From Minisyncoccia bacterium (GTDB lineage Bacteria > Patescibacteriota > Minisyncoccia > Phycocordibacterales > CALRBL01): a DNA stretch of 64,000 nt. The translations under genes were made by a program, and so were the position numbers. This document shows, piece after piece, positions 38,224 through 48,548 of the stretch. The DNA lies in NCBI GenBank assembly GCA_038230075.1, contig JBBRNV010000001.1:11672-75671 (forward strand), in the 5' to 3' direction. Below the pieces are notes generated by a model. It did not search any database. It was not told the DNA's origin and worked only from the letters and a program-made list of their open reading frames with translations. The first letter of the stretch is position 1, and each line of letters begins with the position of its first letter.

Positions 38224-39486
38224 ATGAATCCGCTTACCTTTACTATTGAAAAAAAGCTTCAGAATAAGCTTGGAAGAGTCGGAACAATTAAAACACCACA
38301 TGGAGTTATACATACTCCTGCTTTTGTGACCGTTGGAACGAAGGGAACGGTAAAAGCGTTAACGCCAGAAATGGTTGCTTCACTTGGTGCAGAAGTTGTT
38401 TTAGCAAACACCTACCATCTCTATCTTCAGCCGGGTGATGATATTGTTAAACAAGCGGGAGGACTTCAGAAATTTATGAATTGGAATGGTCCAACAATGA
38501 CCGACTCAGGAGGATTTCAAGTATTTTCACTTGGGGCTGCATACGGAAAGGAACTTTCGAAAATAACTAAAGCTCGAACAGGAAAAGAGGAAGTTATTCT
38601 TTCAGAAATTACCGAAACATCAAAAAATAAAAACGGAAGAATTCATGATGAAGATGATCTGTCAAAAGGAAAGCTTGCTAAAATTGATCACGACGGGGTG
38701 ATGTTTCGGTCTCATATCGATGGATCAGCTCACTATTTCACTCCTGAAAAATCTATTGAAATTCAACATAATATTGGCGCAGATATTATTTTTGCATTCG
38801 ATGAGTGTACATCACCAAACGAACCCTTCGCATACCAACGAGAAGCGCTCGACAGAACTCATCGATGGGCTAAGAAATCTTTGACATATCATATTTCAAA
38901 AGACAATGCAGAACGACAAGCCTTATTTGGTGTTATTCAAGGGGGAAGAGAAGAGAAACTTCGGAAAGAAAGTGCTGAAATACTATCTTTAATGGAGGTT
39001 GATGGAAAAAGTTTTGATGGTTTTGGTATTGGTGGATCGTTTGCAAAAGAAGACATGTCATCTGCTGTTTCGTGGGTTAATTCGGTGTTACCAGAAAGCA
39101 AACCAAGACACTTACTAGGAATTGGAGAACCTGAAGATTTATTTATGGCAATTGAACAAGGGTGCGATTTGTTCGACTGTGTTGCACCAACTCGAATTGC
39201 TCGAAATGGTCAGTTATACACACTAAAAGGAAAAATTAATATTAATAATGCTCAATTCATAAAAGATTTTTCTCCAGTTGAAAGTGAGTGTGAATGTTAC
39301 ACCTGCAAACATTACACGAGAGCTTATTTGTCACATTTATTTCGAGCAGATGAAATGCTTGCAGCAACTCTTGCTTCAGCCCACAACCTTTACTTCATTA
39401 TAAATTTAGTGAAAAAAATTAGACAAAGTATACTCGACGACTCTTTTGAAGTGTTTAAGAATACTTTTTTAAATACATATAAATAA
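38224..39486 (+). CDS. tgt: queuine tRNA-ribosyltransferase
   Basis: VIHTPAFVTVGTKGTVKALTPEMV...ANTYHLYLQPG and Zn site CECYTCKHYTRAYLSHL. Contains a ~50-aa insertion relative to canonical Tgt. Confidence 0.9.
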   Translation: MNPLTFTIEKKLQNKLGRVGTIKTPHGVIHTPAFVTVGTKGTVKALTPEMVASLGAEVVLANTYHLYLQPGDDIVKQAGGLQKFMNWNGPTMTDSGGFQVFSLGAAYGKELSKITKARTGKEEVILSEITETSKNKNGRIHDEDDLSKGKLAKIDHDGVMFRSHIDGSAHYFTPEKSIEIQHNIGADIIFAFDECTSPNEPFAYQREALDRTHRWAKKSLTYHISKDNAERQALFGVIQGGREEKLRKESAEILSLMEVDGKSFDGFGIGGSFAKEDMSSAVSWVNSVLPESKPRHLLGIGEPEDLFMAIEQGCDLFDCVAPTRIARNGQLYTLKGKININNAQFIKDFSPVESECECYTCKHYTRAYLSHLFRADEMLAATLASAHNLYFIINLVKKIRQSILDDSFEVFKNTFLNTYK

Positions 39487-39772
39487 GAAGATGGGTGGCC
39501 CGTTGAAGGACCGCCCACCATAGCTCGTACAGCAACGCTGTTTTATCTTCCTATTCGACTGGGCGTATATCAACAAAGTTGTGATCCTACACACGCAATT
39601 GCGTATCTCAAGCGGATCCACACTTCTACACACGTCATGTTTTCTGGCCAAGAATAGCGGCAACCAAGCGTTATGCTCAGCAATATCCGTGTCGTCGAGG
39701 GAAATAGGCCAACTGCTATATAATAGTTAAACATATGGTGACTCAGTGGTCAATTTAAGCTAGTATGTCCCT

Positions 39773-41893
39773 ATGTCTATGAGATCAAGTAAAAAATTTG
39801 AGATTTCTAATAAATACGCACCTGCCGGCGATCAACCAACCGCTATTCAAAGCTTGTTTGAGGGAATTGGTAAAGGATATCGACATCAAACACTTCTTGG
39901 GGTAACAGGTTCAGGAAAAACCTTTACCGGAGCAAATGTTATTGCTCAAATTCAAAAGCCCACATTGGTGATCGCTCATAATAAAACTCTCGCAGCACAA
40001 CTCGCTCAAGAATATAAAGAATTTTTTCCTAATAACGCTGTTCACTATTTCGTTTCATATTACGACTACTATCAACCTGAGGCGTATATGCCAGTTACCG
40101 ACACCTATATTGAAAAGGAGGCACAAATTAACGAAGAGATCGATCGGTTGCGACATGCGTCTACACAGGCCCTCTTAACACGAAGAGACGTCATTATTGT
40201 TGCCTCAGTTTCTTGTATCTATGGATTAGGTTCTCCAGAAGAGTATCAAAAGGTTAATTTAAAACTCGAAAAAGGATTAGTGATCGATCGTGCAGAATTA
40301 ATTCGAAAATGTATTGGAATTTATTTTGAACGAACAATTGCAGACTTAAAGCCAGGCCAAATTCGAGCTCTTGGAAACATGGTTGAAATTATGCCAACAA
40401 GTGAAAGGGTGATTTATCGAATCAATTTAAAAAATACTGAGAAGGGAAGTGTGGTTGAACAGATATTAAAGATTGATGAAATCACCCGTTCTATTATTGA
40501 GGAAGTAGATGCTTTTTTCTTATTTCCAGCAAAACATTTCGTTACACCAGAAGATGAACGAAAAAGAGCTATTCTAGATATTAAGCTTGAATTAGACGTT
40601 CGATTAAAAGAACTTCATAAAGAAGGAAAAATTTTGGAAGCAGATCGACTCAAAAGACGAACTACATATGATCTCGCTCTTATCAAAGAAGTTGGATACT
40701 GTAACGGTATTGAAAACTACTCACGTCACTTCTCAGGAAAGGCTCCTGGAGAAGCACCAGACACTCTTCTTTCATACTTTCCTCATAATAAAGATGGAAG
40801 TGCAGACTTTCTTACTATCATCGATGAATCCCACGTTACTATTCCTCAATTAAATGGAATGTTTGCAGGAGACGCTTCACGAAAGCAAAGTTTGGTAGAT
40901 TTTGGATTCAGACTTCCTTCTGCTCGAGACAATAGACCATTAAAGTTTGCAGAGTTTGAAGAAAGAATCGGACAAACAATTTATACATCAGCAACACCTG
41001 GAAAATTTGAGCTTGGAATAAGTGAAAATATTGCTGAACAAATCATTCGTCCAACAGGATTGATTGATCCCGAGATAGTAATTAAACCCATTATCGAACA
41101 AGACATTGTTGTTGATGGAAAAACAAAACGATATAAGGGTCAGGTTTTTGATTTTATCGAAGAAGCTGAGAAAGTTATAAAAAAAGGATTCAGAGTGCTC
41201 GCCACAACTCTTACTAAAAAAATGGCAGAAGACTTAAGTGCATATCTTAAGGAAAAGAATATCAAAGCAAAATATTTACACAGTGATATTCAAACACTTG
41301 AACGTATTCAAATTTTGACCGAACTTAGAAAAGGCGTATTCGATGTGCTTGTGGGAGTTAACCTTCTTCGAGAAGGACTCGACCTGCCTGAAGTTTCACT
41401 CATTGGAATTCTTGATGCAGATAAAGAAGGATTCCTTCGAAGTGAATCGGCACTAATTCAAACCATAGGAAGAGCAGCTCGAAACTCAGAAGGAAGAGTT
41501 ATTTTATATGCTGACAAAGTTACGGGCTCTATGGAACGAGCAATAGGAGAAACAGATCGACGACGAACTAAGCAGGTTGCATATAATACAAAAAATGGAA
41601 TTACTCCAACTACAATTATAAAAAAGATTCAAGATATTACCGAGCAAATTCAATCTGAACATGCAAAAACAGTAAGTGCCTTAATGGCATTCGATATGAA
41701 GCGTCTAGAAGATGATCCAGAAGCACTTCTCAAAGATAAAGAAAAACAAATGAATGATGCAGTGAAAGATCTCGATTTCGAGACAGCTGCTATTCTTCGT
41801 GATGAGATTGTTGCACTGGCTAAAAAAGCAGGAATCGACCTACTCAAAATTCATGGCGTAAAGAAAAAAGTCACAAAAAAGCCAAAAAGATAA
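39773..41893 (+). CDS. uvrB: excinuclease ABC subunit B
   Basis: Full-length UvrB helicase motifs including GVTGSGKTFT, with a C-terminal UVR domain. Confidence 0.95.
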   Translation: MSMRSSKKFEISNKYAPAGDQPTAIQSLFEGIGKGYRHQTLLGVTGSGKTFTGANVIAQIQKPTLVIAHNKTLAAQLAQEYKEFFPNNAVHYFVSYYDYYQPEAYMPVTDTYIEKEAQINEEIDRLRHASTQALLTRRDVIIVASVSCIYGLGSPEEYQKVNLKLEKGLVIDRAELIRKCIGIYFERTIADLKPGQIRALGNMVEIMPTSERVIYRINLKNTEKGSVVEQILKIDEITRSIIEEVDAFFLFPAKHFVTPEDERKRAILDIKLELDVRLKELHKEGKILEADRLKRRTTYDLALIKEVGYCNGIENYSRHFSGKAPGEAPDTLLSYFPHNKDGSADFLTIIDESHVTIPQLNGMFAGDASRKQSLVDFGFRLPSARDNRPLKFAEFEERIGQTIYTSATPGKFELGISENIAEQIIRPTGLIDPEIVIKPIIEQDIVVDGKTKRYKGQVFDFIEEAEKVIKKGFRVLATTLTKKMAEDLSAYLKEKNIKAKYLHSDIQTLERIQILTELRKGVFDVLVGVNLLREGLDLPEVSLIGILDADKEGFLRSESALIQTIGRAARNSEGRVILYADKVTGSMERAIGETDRRRTKQVAYNTKNGITPTTIIKKIQDITEQIQSEHAKTVSALMAFDMKRLEDDPEALLKDKEKQMNDAVKDLDFETAAILRDEIVALAKKAGIDLLKIHGVKKKVTKKPKR

Positions 41894-42192
41894 AACCTTT
41901 TATTTATATGTAAAAGTGATATATTACTTTCTGCATTGTTTTTTCAACCCCGCAGTTACTTACACATGTTAGAATCTACCACACCAGCCGAATCCACCAT
42001 CGACAGTCGATACGTCACCAAACATGAATTGGAAAAAATCGGAATTAAAGTAAGGCGACCAATGGGTCCTGAATTCATGATTTGTTGCTTGCGACCAGAT
42101 TTGACTCAAGCGGGTCAAACTGACGTTGGTCCTGTTCAACTTCCACCGAGCCTTTTTCGCCGCCGGAGTTAACTACCGACTGAAGCTATCTC

Positions 42193-42228
42193 ACCCCTGT
42201 CCACCACGTGTGGAGGGGGGTTTGCTTT
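42193..42228 (+). terminator. rho-independent terminator ending a plus-strand transcript in the uvrB-uvrA spacer
   Basis: CCCCT-gt-CCAC-cacgt-GTGG-AGGGG stem followed by TTTGCTTTT. Confidence 0.5.
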
Positions 42229-42362
42229 TACAAATGTATCGTCTTTAGGTAAGATAGTACCGTTTCCCCGAAGAAGCCATGCCAGTTGTTAGGGCTCAGA
42301 AGGGGATTTTTAACGTACATAACATTGACTAGTGAACAATCGTTCACTATAATTACATACTC

Positions 42363-45002
42363 ATGAGCACATCAGAATCAAAAAAGAAAAGTGATCACAA
42401 AAGTACTTTTGTAGGTCACGACTCAATTATCATCAAAGGTGCCCGAACGCACAATTTAAAGAATATTGATGTTGAAATGCCTCGAAATAAAATGATTGCT
42501 ATCACTGGTCTTTCTGGATCAGGAAAGTCATCACTTGCATTCGACACTATTTTTGCCGAAGGACAACGACGCTATGTTGAATCTCTTTCTTCATATGCCC
42601 GACAATTTTTGCGACAAATGCAGAAACCAGATGTTGATGAAATCACAGGTCTTTCTCCTGCAATTTCTATCGATCAAAAGTCTCGATCGAACAATCCACG
42701 CTCAACCGTTGCAACAATTACTGAAATTTTTGACTATCTTCGAATTTTATTTGCTCGAATTGGAAAGCCTCACTGTTTAACTTGTGGAAGAGAAATTAAA
42801 AAGCTTTCAAAAGAAGAAATCTTAGAGTCGATTTACAAAACGGTTACATCTATTGAGTCAAAGAATACAAAAAAAGTAATGGGGGTTGAGGTTAGTAAGC
42901 AAATGTTTCAAGTCTTCGCTCCACTGATTGTTGGAAGAAAGGGTGAATATTATCAACTTCTTTATGATCTGTTGGGAAAAGGATATGACCGTGTTCGAGT
43001 CGATGGTTCTGTTAAAAATCTACGAGAACAAATTATTCTTGATAAAAACAAGAAACATTCTATTGATGTTCTTGTTGATGAATTTTATATTTCAGAATTA
43101 AAATCAAAAGATAAAAAGCAAAAAGCTGCGTTCGAAGAACGTCTTAATGAATCAATTGAGAAAGCTTTAACAGAATCTGATGGTTTGCTTCGTATTACAA
43201 CAGAAAGTGAAGATCATCTCATTTCTTCAAAGTTCATGTGTCCTTTTGATGGATTCTCATTTCCTGAAGTTGAACCTCGACTATTTTCTTTCAATTCACC
43301 TTATGGAGCTTGTCCTGAATGTAACGGATTAGGTACCCGGCATTTCTTTGGAAATGAAGTGTGTCCTAAATGTAATGGAGCTCGTCTCCGCGATGAAGCA
43401 CTTAATGTCTTTCTGATTGAAAATAATAATAAAGTTAATGTTATTCAACTTGTTGATCTCTCTATAAAAAATGCTATCAAGTTTTTCAACGATTTAAAGC
43501 TGTCACCAACAGAAAAAGAAATCTCAAAAGTAATCGTTAAAGAAATTCTGGCTCGTTTGTCGTTTATGAATAATGTTGGAATTGAATATCTATCACTTAG
43601 TCGAAAGGCGTCAACACTATCTGGAGGTGAGGCTCAACGAATTCGACTTGCTTCACAATTAGGTTCAGGCCTCGTTGGTGCTATGTATGTGCTTGACGAA
43701 CCAACAATTGGTCTTCATCAACGAGATAATGATCGACTCATTAGCACACTTCTTAATCTTCGAGATCAAGGAAATACTATTATTGTCGTTGAGCATGATG
43801 AAGATACTATTTATGCCTCAGATTATATTATTGATATTGGTCCAGGTGCGGGAATTCATGGAGGAAACGTTGTTGTGTCAGGATATCTCGATGAATTATT
43901 AACTGCCAAACATAATCCTTCAGGGTCTATTACCCTTGATTACCTCAGAGGTGACGAGGTTATTAAGATTCCAGAGATAAGACGAGATCAAAATCAAGGT
44001 GTAATCTCAATTAAAAATGGAAACATCTTCAATATTAAAAATTTGAATGTTGATATTCCTTTAGGTAAGTTGGTTGCAGTTACCGGAGTATCGGGTTCAG
44101 GAAAATCTTCTTTCACATACGAAATTCTCTATAAAAACTTACAAGCTCGATTTGATAAGCGATATCGAACGAATGAAATATTTAACTGTTCAACATTTAC
44201 AGGAACAGAATATTTAGGGAGAGCAATTTTGATTGATCAGTCTCCAATTGGAAGAACACCTCGGTCAAACCCTGCAACATATACAGGAGCATTTACACAT
44301 ATTCGAGATTTGTTCGCAGAAACAAGTGAAGCTAAGGCTCGTGGATGGAAATCAAATCGTTTTTCATTCAATGTTAAAGGTGGTCGTTGCGAAACATGCG
44401 AAGGAAATGGAATGATCGAAGTTGAAATGCATTTTCTTCCTACGGTATATGTAACGTGTGATGTTTGTAATGGAAAACGCTTCATGAAAGAAACACTTGA
44501 AGTTAAATATAAAAAGAAGAATATCTACGACGTATTAAAAATGACTGTCGAAGAAGCATCAGAATTTTTTAAAGACATTCCTTCTATTTCAGATAGATTA
44601 GAAACTCTCGGAGAAGTAGGTTTAGGATACTTAGAACTTGGTCAGTCAGCCACCACACTTTCCGGAGGAGAAGCACAACGAGTTAAAGTGTCATCTGAAC
44701 TCTATCGACCACATGTTCAAAAATCAATCTATATTCTTGATGAACCAACCATCGGTTTGCATTATGAAGATGTGAAGAAATTGATTGAAATAATTCAAGT
44801 TTTGGTGAACAAAGGAAATACGGTGGTTATCATCGAGCATAATATGGATGTTATTAAATCGGCAGACTATGTGATTGACATCGGCCCTGAAGGAGGTGAA
44901 GGTGGTGGTCAAATTGTTGCGAAAGGAACTCCTGAATATGTTGCAGGAGTGGCAAAAAGTTATACTGGCCAATATCTAAAGAAAGTACTTAAAAAGAAAT
45001 AG
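42363..45002 (+). CDS. uvrA: excinuclease ABC subunit A
   Basis: Two ABC ATPase modules ([19 protein letters not shown], two LSGGE signatures) and Zn-finger Cys pairs. Confidence 0.95.
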   Translation: MSTSESKKKSDHKSTFVGHDSIIIKGARTHNLKNIDVEMPRNKMIAITGLSGSGKSSLAFDTIFAEGQRRYVESLSSYARQFLRQMQKPDVDEITGLSPAISIDQKSRSNNPRSTVATITEIFDYLRILFARIGKPHCLTCGREIKKLSKEEILESIYKTVTSIESKNTKKVMGVEVSKQMFQVFAPLIVGRKGEYYQLLYDLLGKGYDRVRVDGSVKNLREQIILDKNKKHSIDVLVDEFYISELKSKDKKQKAAFEERLNESIEKALTESDGLLRITTESEDHLISSKFMCPFDGFSFPEVEPRLFSFNSPYGACPECNGLGTRHFFGNEVCPKCNGARLRDEALNVFLIENNNKVNVIQLVDLSIKNAIKFFNDLKLSPTEKEISKVIVKEILARLSFMNNVGIEYLSLSRKASTLSGGEAQRIRLASQLGSGLVGAMYVLDEPTIGLHQRDNDRLISTLLNLRDQGNTIIVVEHDEDTIYASDYIIDIGPGAGIHGGNVVVSGYLDELLTAKHNPSGSITLDYLRGDEVIKIPEIRRDQNQGVISIKNGNIFNIKNLNVDIPLGKLVAVTGVSGSGKSSFTYEILYKNLQARFDKRYRTNEIFNCSTFTGTEYLGRAILIDQSPIGRTPRSNPATYTGAFTHIRDLFAETSEAKARGWKSNRFSFNVKGGRCETCEGNGMIEVEMHFLPTVYVTCDVCNGKRFMKETLEVKYKKKNIYDVLKMTVEEASEFFKDIPSISDRLETLGEVGLGYLELGQSATTLSGGEAQRVKVSSELYRPHVQKSIYILDEPTIGLHYEDVKKLIEIIQVLVNKGNTVVIIEHNMDVIKSADYVIDIGPEGGEGGGQIVAKGTPEYVAGVAKSYTGQYLKKVLKKK

Positions 45003-45016
45003 TGTTGAACGGGTGA

Positions 45017-45044
45017 GCCGGGTCAACTTAACAGTTGACCCGGC
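45017..45044. repeat. perfect 11-bp inverted repeat hairpin just after uvrA
   Basis: GCCGGGTCAAC-ttaaca-GTTGACCCGGC. Not followed by a T-run. Confidence 0.4.
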
Positions 45045-45061
45045 GTGAAAGTGTCCTGTCC

Positions 45062-45370
45062 TCATGGAATTGAGTCAGGGATGAACCGATCCTTAAGAGC
45101 GAGTTGTGGTGCTTCAAGCTTGAGTTTCAGCCAGCTGGCGTAAGCTTTTGGACACCACGACGATGTTCTTTGACGAACCGGAATACTTGCGAGAAGTTGG
45201 TTTCTAAACCTTTCTGGGTCGACCTTGAACACAAGTCGAACTTGGTTTAAGGCAACTAACTTCTGATGTTGACGAAAATGAGCACGAGCCTCCCATTCAC
45301 GACAAACGAAATCAACGATCGGCTTAATGAGTACAGCTCTCAGAAAGCGGAGGGGTAACATGAGATGCAT
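45062..45370 (-). CDS. hypothetical basic protein in GC-elevated spacer (doubtful)
   Basis: 102-aa Arg/Leu-rich ORF lying wholly inside a locally GC-rich 440-nt intergenic region. Could be spurious if the region is a structured RNA. Confidence 0.2.
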   Translation of the reverse strand: MHLMLPLRFLRAVLIKPIVDFVCREWEARAHFRQHQKLVALNQVRLVFKVDPERFRNQLLASIPVRQRTSSWCPKAYASWLKLKLEAPQLALKDRFIPDSIP

Positions 45371-45443
45371 TCTAAGACTTAATCATACCTTTAAATATTT
45401 TAAAGTCACATTTGACGAATATGATATAGTATTGCCATAAAAA

Positions 45444-46751
45444 ATGAATTTAGATCAATTTAAAAAACTGCAAAAAAAGAAACAGCTGCCCGATATGCCC
45501 GGTGTTTATTTTTTTCGTAAAGGAAAAGAGATTTTATACATTGGAAAAGCAACATCACTTCGAAGTCGTGTTCGAAGCTATTTTTCAGATGATCTGATTC
45601 AAACTCGTGGAATGTTTATTTGCGACATGGTCTCACTTGCAACTTCAATTACACACGAAGAAACAACTTCAGTGCTTGAAGCACTTATTCTTGAAGCCAA
45701 TCTAATTAAACAATATTTACCGAAATATAATACAAAAGAAAAAGATAATAAGAGTTTCAATTTTGTCATAATCACGGAAGAAGAATATCCTCGAGTGCTG
45801 GTTATCCGAGGAAGAGACTTAGAACATATGAAAACATTAGGAGAAGTAAAAGCTAAGTATCAATTTGGACCTTTTATGAATGGATCAGCACTTCAAGAAG
45901 CTCTCAAAATTATTAGAAAGATTTTTCCTTATCGAGATACATGTATTCCAAATTCTGGAAAACCTTGTTTTAATGCCCAACTTGGGCTATGTCCTGGAGT
46001 ATGTGCTGGAACAATCACTAAACAAGAATATGCGAAGCACATTAATCACATCAAGTTGTTTTTCGAAGGAAAGAAGACCGCTCTAAAGAAGGTGTTGAGT
46101 AAAGAAATGAATCAATACGCCAACTTGCTTCAATTTGAAAAAGCTCAAGAAGTAAAACGCCAGCTTTTTGCGATTGATCACATTAAAGATGTTTCACTTA
46201 TCAAAGACGAATATCGAACAGAATCAATTGCTAATATTCAAAGTACAGATTCAGGAAGTTTGCCATTTAGAATAGAGTCATATGATATTGCTCACACATC
46301 AGGCGTTAATGTTACCGGCGTGATGGTGGTTGTTGAAGACGGGCTCGCAAAGAAAGCAGACTACAGAATGTTTAAAATCAGAGGTGGATTTGGTAATAAC
46401 GACACTGCAAGTCTTAAAGAGATCATTACAAGACGTTTAAAACATGATGAATGGCCTAAACCTGACATTATGCTCATTGATGGTGGAAAAGGTCAGTATA
46501 GTGCAGCAAAAGAAGCTCTCGAGAAGGCGGGAATTGTGGTTGATACAGACATCACCCTTCTTTCAATTGTTAAAGATGAGAAGCATCAACCAAAAATGTT
46601 CTTAGGGCAAAAAGAAGATGTAGCAAAGAAACATAAAAAAGCACTCTTATTAGCAAATGCCGAAGCACATCGATTCACCCTTCAATTTCATCGAAAACTT
46701 AGAAGTAAAAGTATGTTTGGAAATGCTGCGCCAAAGCACAAAAAGATTTAG
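45444..46751 (+). CDS. uvrC: excinuclease ABC subunit C, short form lacking C-terminal (HhH)2 domain
   Basis: GIY-YIG (GVYFFRKGKEILYIGKATSLRSR), Cys-rich CFNAQLGLCPGVC, UVR domain, RNase H-like endonuclease domain with IDGGKGQ. Ends at 435 aa. Confidence 0.8.
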   Translation: MNLDQFKKLQKKKQLPDMPGVYFFRKGKEILYIGKATSLRSRVRSYFSDDLIQTRGMFICDMVSLATSITHEETTSVLEALILEANLIKQYLPKYNTKEKDNKSFNFVIITEEEYPRVLVIRGRDLEHMKTLGEVKAKYQFGPFMNGSALQEALKIIRKIFPYRDTCIPNSGKPCFNAQLGLCPGVCAGTITKQEYAKHINHIKLFFEGKKTALKKVLSKEMNQYANLLQFEKAQEVKRQLFAIDHIKDVSLIKDEYRTESIANIQSTDSGSLPFRIESYDIAHTSGVNVTGVMVVVEDGLAKKADYRMFKIRGGFGNNDTASLKEIITRRLKHDEWPKPDIMLIDGGKGQYSAAKEALEKAGIVVDTDITLLSIVKDEKHQPKMFLGQKEDVAKKHKKALLLANAEAHRFTLQFHRKLRSKSMFGNAAPKHKKI

Positions 46752-46792
46752 CATGTGAATTGTGTTCGAAATTATTGTGTTACTATAAATTA

Positions 46793-47776
46793 ATGGCATT
46801 ACGCATTGCAGTTCTTCGCGGTGGACCTTCACATGAATATGACATTTCTCTCAAATCGGGAGAACATATTATTTCTCAGATAGATTCTCCAGAATATGAA
46901 GTATATGATGTTGTCGTTAACCCTCATGGAGTCTGGCACCATCAAGGTGTTGAAGTTCAACCTGCGGATTTCATACAAAAAATAGACTTACTCTTAAATG
47001 CTATTCATGGAGAGTACGGCGAAGATGGTGAGTTACAGCGGTTTCTCGAAACTCATAATGTTTTACATAACAGTTCTTCGGCTTATGCATCGGCTGTTTC
47101 AATGAATAAACAATTAACAAAAGACATTCTTCAAAAAGGAGGAATTAAAGTACCTAAGGGAATTCTTGTTAAAAAAGAAGAAGTTCAAAGCAAGGCTGAC
47201 ATCGAACAAGTGGCGTTAGAGGTTGTTAGGCACTTTACGTTGCCCGTCATCATAAAACCTGTTTCAAAAGGTTCATCATTTGGTATGACCTTAGCAAAAA
47301 GTTTTCATCAAATTGAATATGGGGTTGAGCTTGCTCTAAATTTCGACGACGCAGTTTTGATTGAAGAATATATTTCAGGAAAAGAGGCAAGTGTCGGTGT
47401 GATTGATGGATTTAGAAACCAAGATCACTATTCACTCCTTCCGACGGAAATAAGACATTCATCAAAAGAGGGGTTTTTTGATCTTTCAACAAAATATGGA
47501 AAGGAAGAACATTTGTATACTCCTGGATCGTTTTCGCAACATGAAAAAGAAGAATTACAATTAATTGCAATAGAAGCACATAAATTATTAGGACTTTCTC
47601 ACATCTCTCGATCAGATTTTATCGTTCATCCAAAACGTGGGGTGTACTTTCTTGAAATAAATAGTGTCCCTGGGATGACTGAGCAATCTATTATTCCTCA
47701 TTCGCTTCGAGCTATTGGCTCAACAACCAAAGAAATGTTCGATCACATGATTAAGCGTATCTTGAAGCGTTCTTAA
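46793..47776 (+). CDS. ddl: D-alanine--D-alanine ligase
   Basis: MALRIAVLRGGPSHEYDISLKSG N-terminus and ATP-grasp motifs. The ORF track start at 46760 is an upstream extension. Confidence 0.85.
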   Translation: MALRIAVLRGGPSHEYDISLKSGEHIISQIDSPEYEVYDVVVNPHGVWHHQGVEVQPADFIQKIDLLLNAIHGEYGEDGELQRFLETHNVLHNSSSAYASAVSMNKQLTKDILQKGGIKVPKGILVKKEEVQSKADIEQVALEVVRHFTLPVIIKPVSKGSSFGMTLAKSFHQIEYGVELALNFDDAVLIEEYISGKEASVGVIDGFRNQDHYSLLPTEIRHSSKEGFFDLSTKYGKEEHLYTPGSFSQHEKEELQLIAIEAHKLLGLSHISRSDFIVHPKRGVYFLEINSVPGMTEQSIIPHSLRAIGSTTKEMFDHMIKRILKRS

Positions 47777-48270
47777 GATATATATTTCAGTTCCTTCATT
47801 CGTTCGAGTGACTTGTTTAAAAAGTATATCCAATGATCACAGTCTTTGTTTTGATTGTGTAAATTCCAGTTTGATAAAATTTCATCTGCTGTCGCCCAAT
47901 CGAGTATAAACGTTTCGTGAGCCTCTAATTTTGTTGGAATAAGGTCGGTGTTTTTAAGAATGACAAGAAAGCATGTAGCGAATGCAACACGATTAACCTT
48001 TTTTAAAGGGTTATAAAAATGACACAATGCTTCTGCAATTTTTTCAGTATATAAAAAATTATGAAGGCCACTTTCTTCAGTAACTTCTCGAAGTATTCCT
48101 TGTTCTATGTCTTCATTGGTATCAACACCTCCTGAAAATAGTCTCAACCTTCCATTATTTTGTTTTCCAACCGCAAACTTTTGAGTTTGAAGGTCAAATA
48201 CTACAGCACAGCCACCATCTCGACGTTCTTCATTTTCTCGAGGGATTCCGAATTCTAAAGTTGGGGACAT
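47773..48270 (-). CDS. NUDIX hydrolase
   Basis: Nudix box GGVDTNEDIEQGILREVTEESGL. Confidence 0.75.
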   Translation of the reverse strand: MSPTLEFGIPRENEERRDGGCAVVFDLQTQKFAVGKQNNGRLRLFSGGVDTNEDIEQGILREVTEESGLHNFLYTEKIAEALCHFYNPLKKVNRVAFATCFLVILKNTDLIPTKLEAHETFILDWATADEILSNWNLHNQNKDCDHWIYFLNKSLERMKELKYIS

Positions 48271-48439
48271 GACGGTATTGTAACAGGTTTCTGTGATGAC
48301 AGAACGGAGCGATAGGACTCGGTCACCAGTTCTTTTGCTTCACAAAAAGACTGTCGACCCCGCCTCATTTGTCGCTGTCGCAAGCGACATGGCGACTTCA
48401 TTCAGGCCTTCTCGCCCTGTCAGAGCTTTCAGATAATTA

Positions 48440-48467
48440 AAAGATCTGGCTAAATGTCAGATCTTTT
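48440..48467. terminator. bidirectional hairpin terminator 3' of tRNA-Ala
   Basis: AAAGATCTG-gctaaatgt-CAGATCTTT with T-runs on both strands. Confidence 0.5.
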
Positions 48468-48472
48468 ATGTA

Positions 48473-48548
48473 TGGTGGACGCGACAGGACTCGAACCTGC
48501 CACCCCCTCAGTGCAAGTGAGGTGCTCTACCAGATGAGCTACGCGCCC
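48473..48548 (-). tRNA. tRNA-Ala (anticodon TGC), CCA encoded
   Basis: Minus-strand sequence GGGCGCGTAGCTCATCTGGTAGAGCACCTCACTTGCACTGAGGGGGTGGCAGGTTCGAGTCCTGTCGCGTCCACCA. Cloverleaf with 7-bp acceptor including the G3:U70 Ala identity pair, anticodon loop CTTGCAC, T-loop GGTTCGAGTCC. Confidence 0.92.

Noticed and set aside
39487-39772. SRP RNA / tRNA in the tgt-uvrB spacer
   Set aside because: No domain IV GGAAG/AGCAG asymmetric loop motif and no cloverleaf could be built. The minus-strand 64-aa ORF 39469..39663 is probably spurious.
41940-42232. tmRNA (ssrA) in the uvrB-uvrA spacer
   Set aside because: The plus strand has ...TCCACCA near the terminator and the minus strand has a GGGGTGAGATAGCTTCAGTCGG tRNA-like start. 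On neither strand could I pair a GGGG 5' acceptor with a complementary 3' strand plus CCA, or find the GGAUUCGACGGG-type motif or a plausible tag reading frame.
45003-45443. RNase P RNA
   Set aside because: GUGAAAGUGUCC and GACGAACCGGAAUAC loosely resemble the P4 halves, but GGAAAGUCCGGGC, GGGUGAAA..GGUAAGAGCGCACC and ACAGAACCCGGCUUA consensus blocks are absent on both strands.
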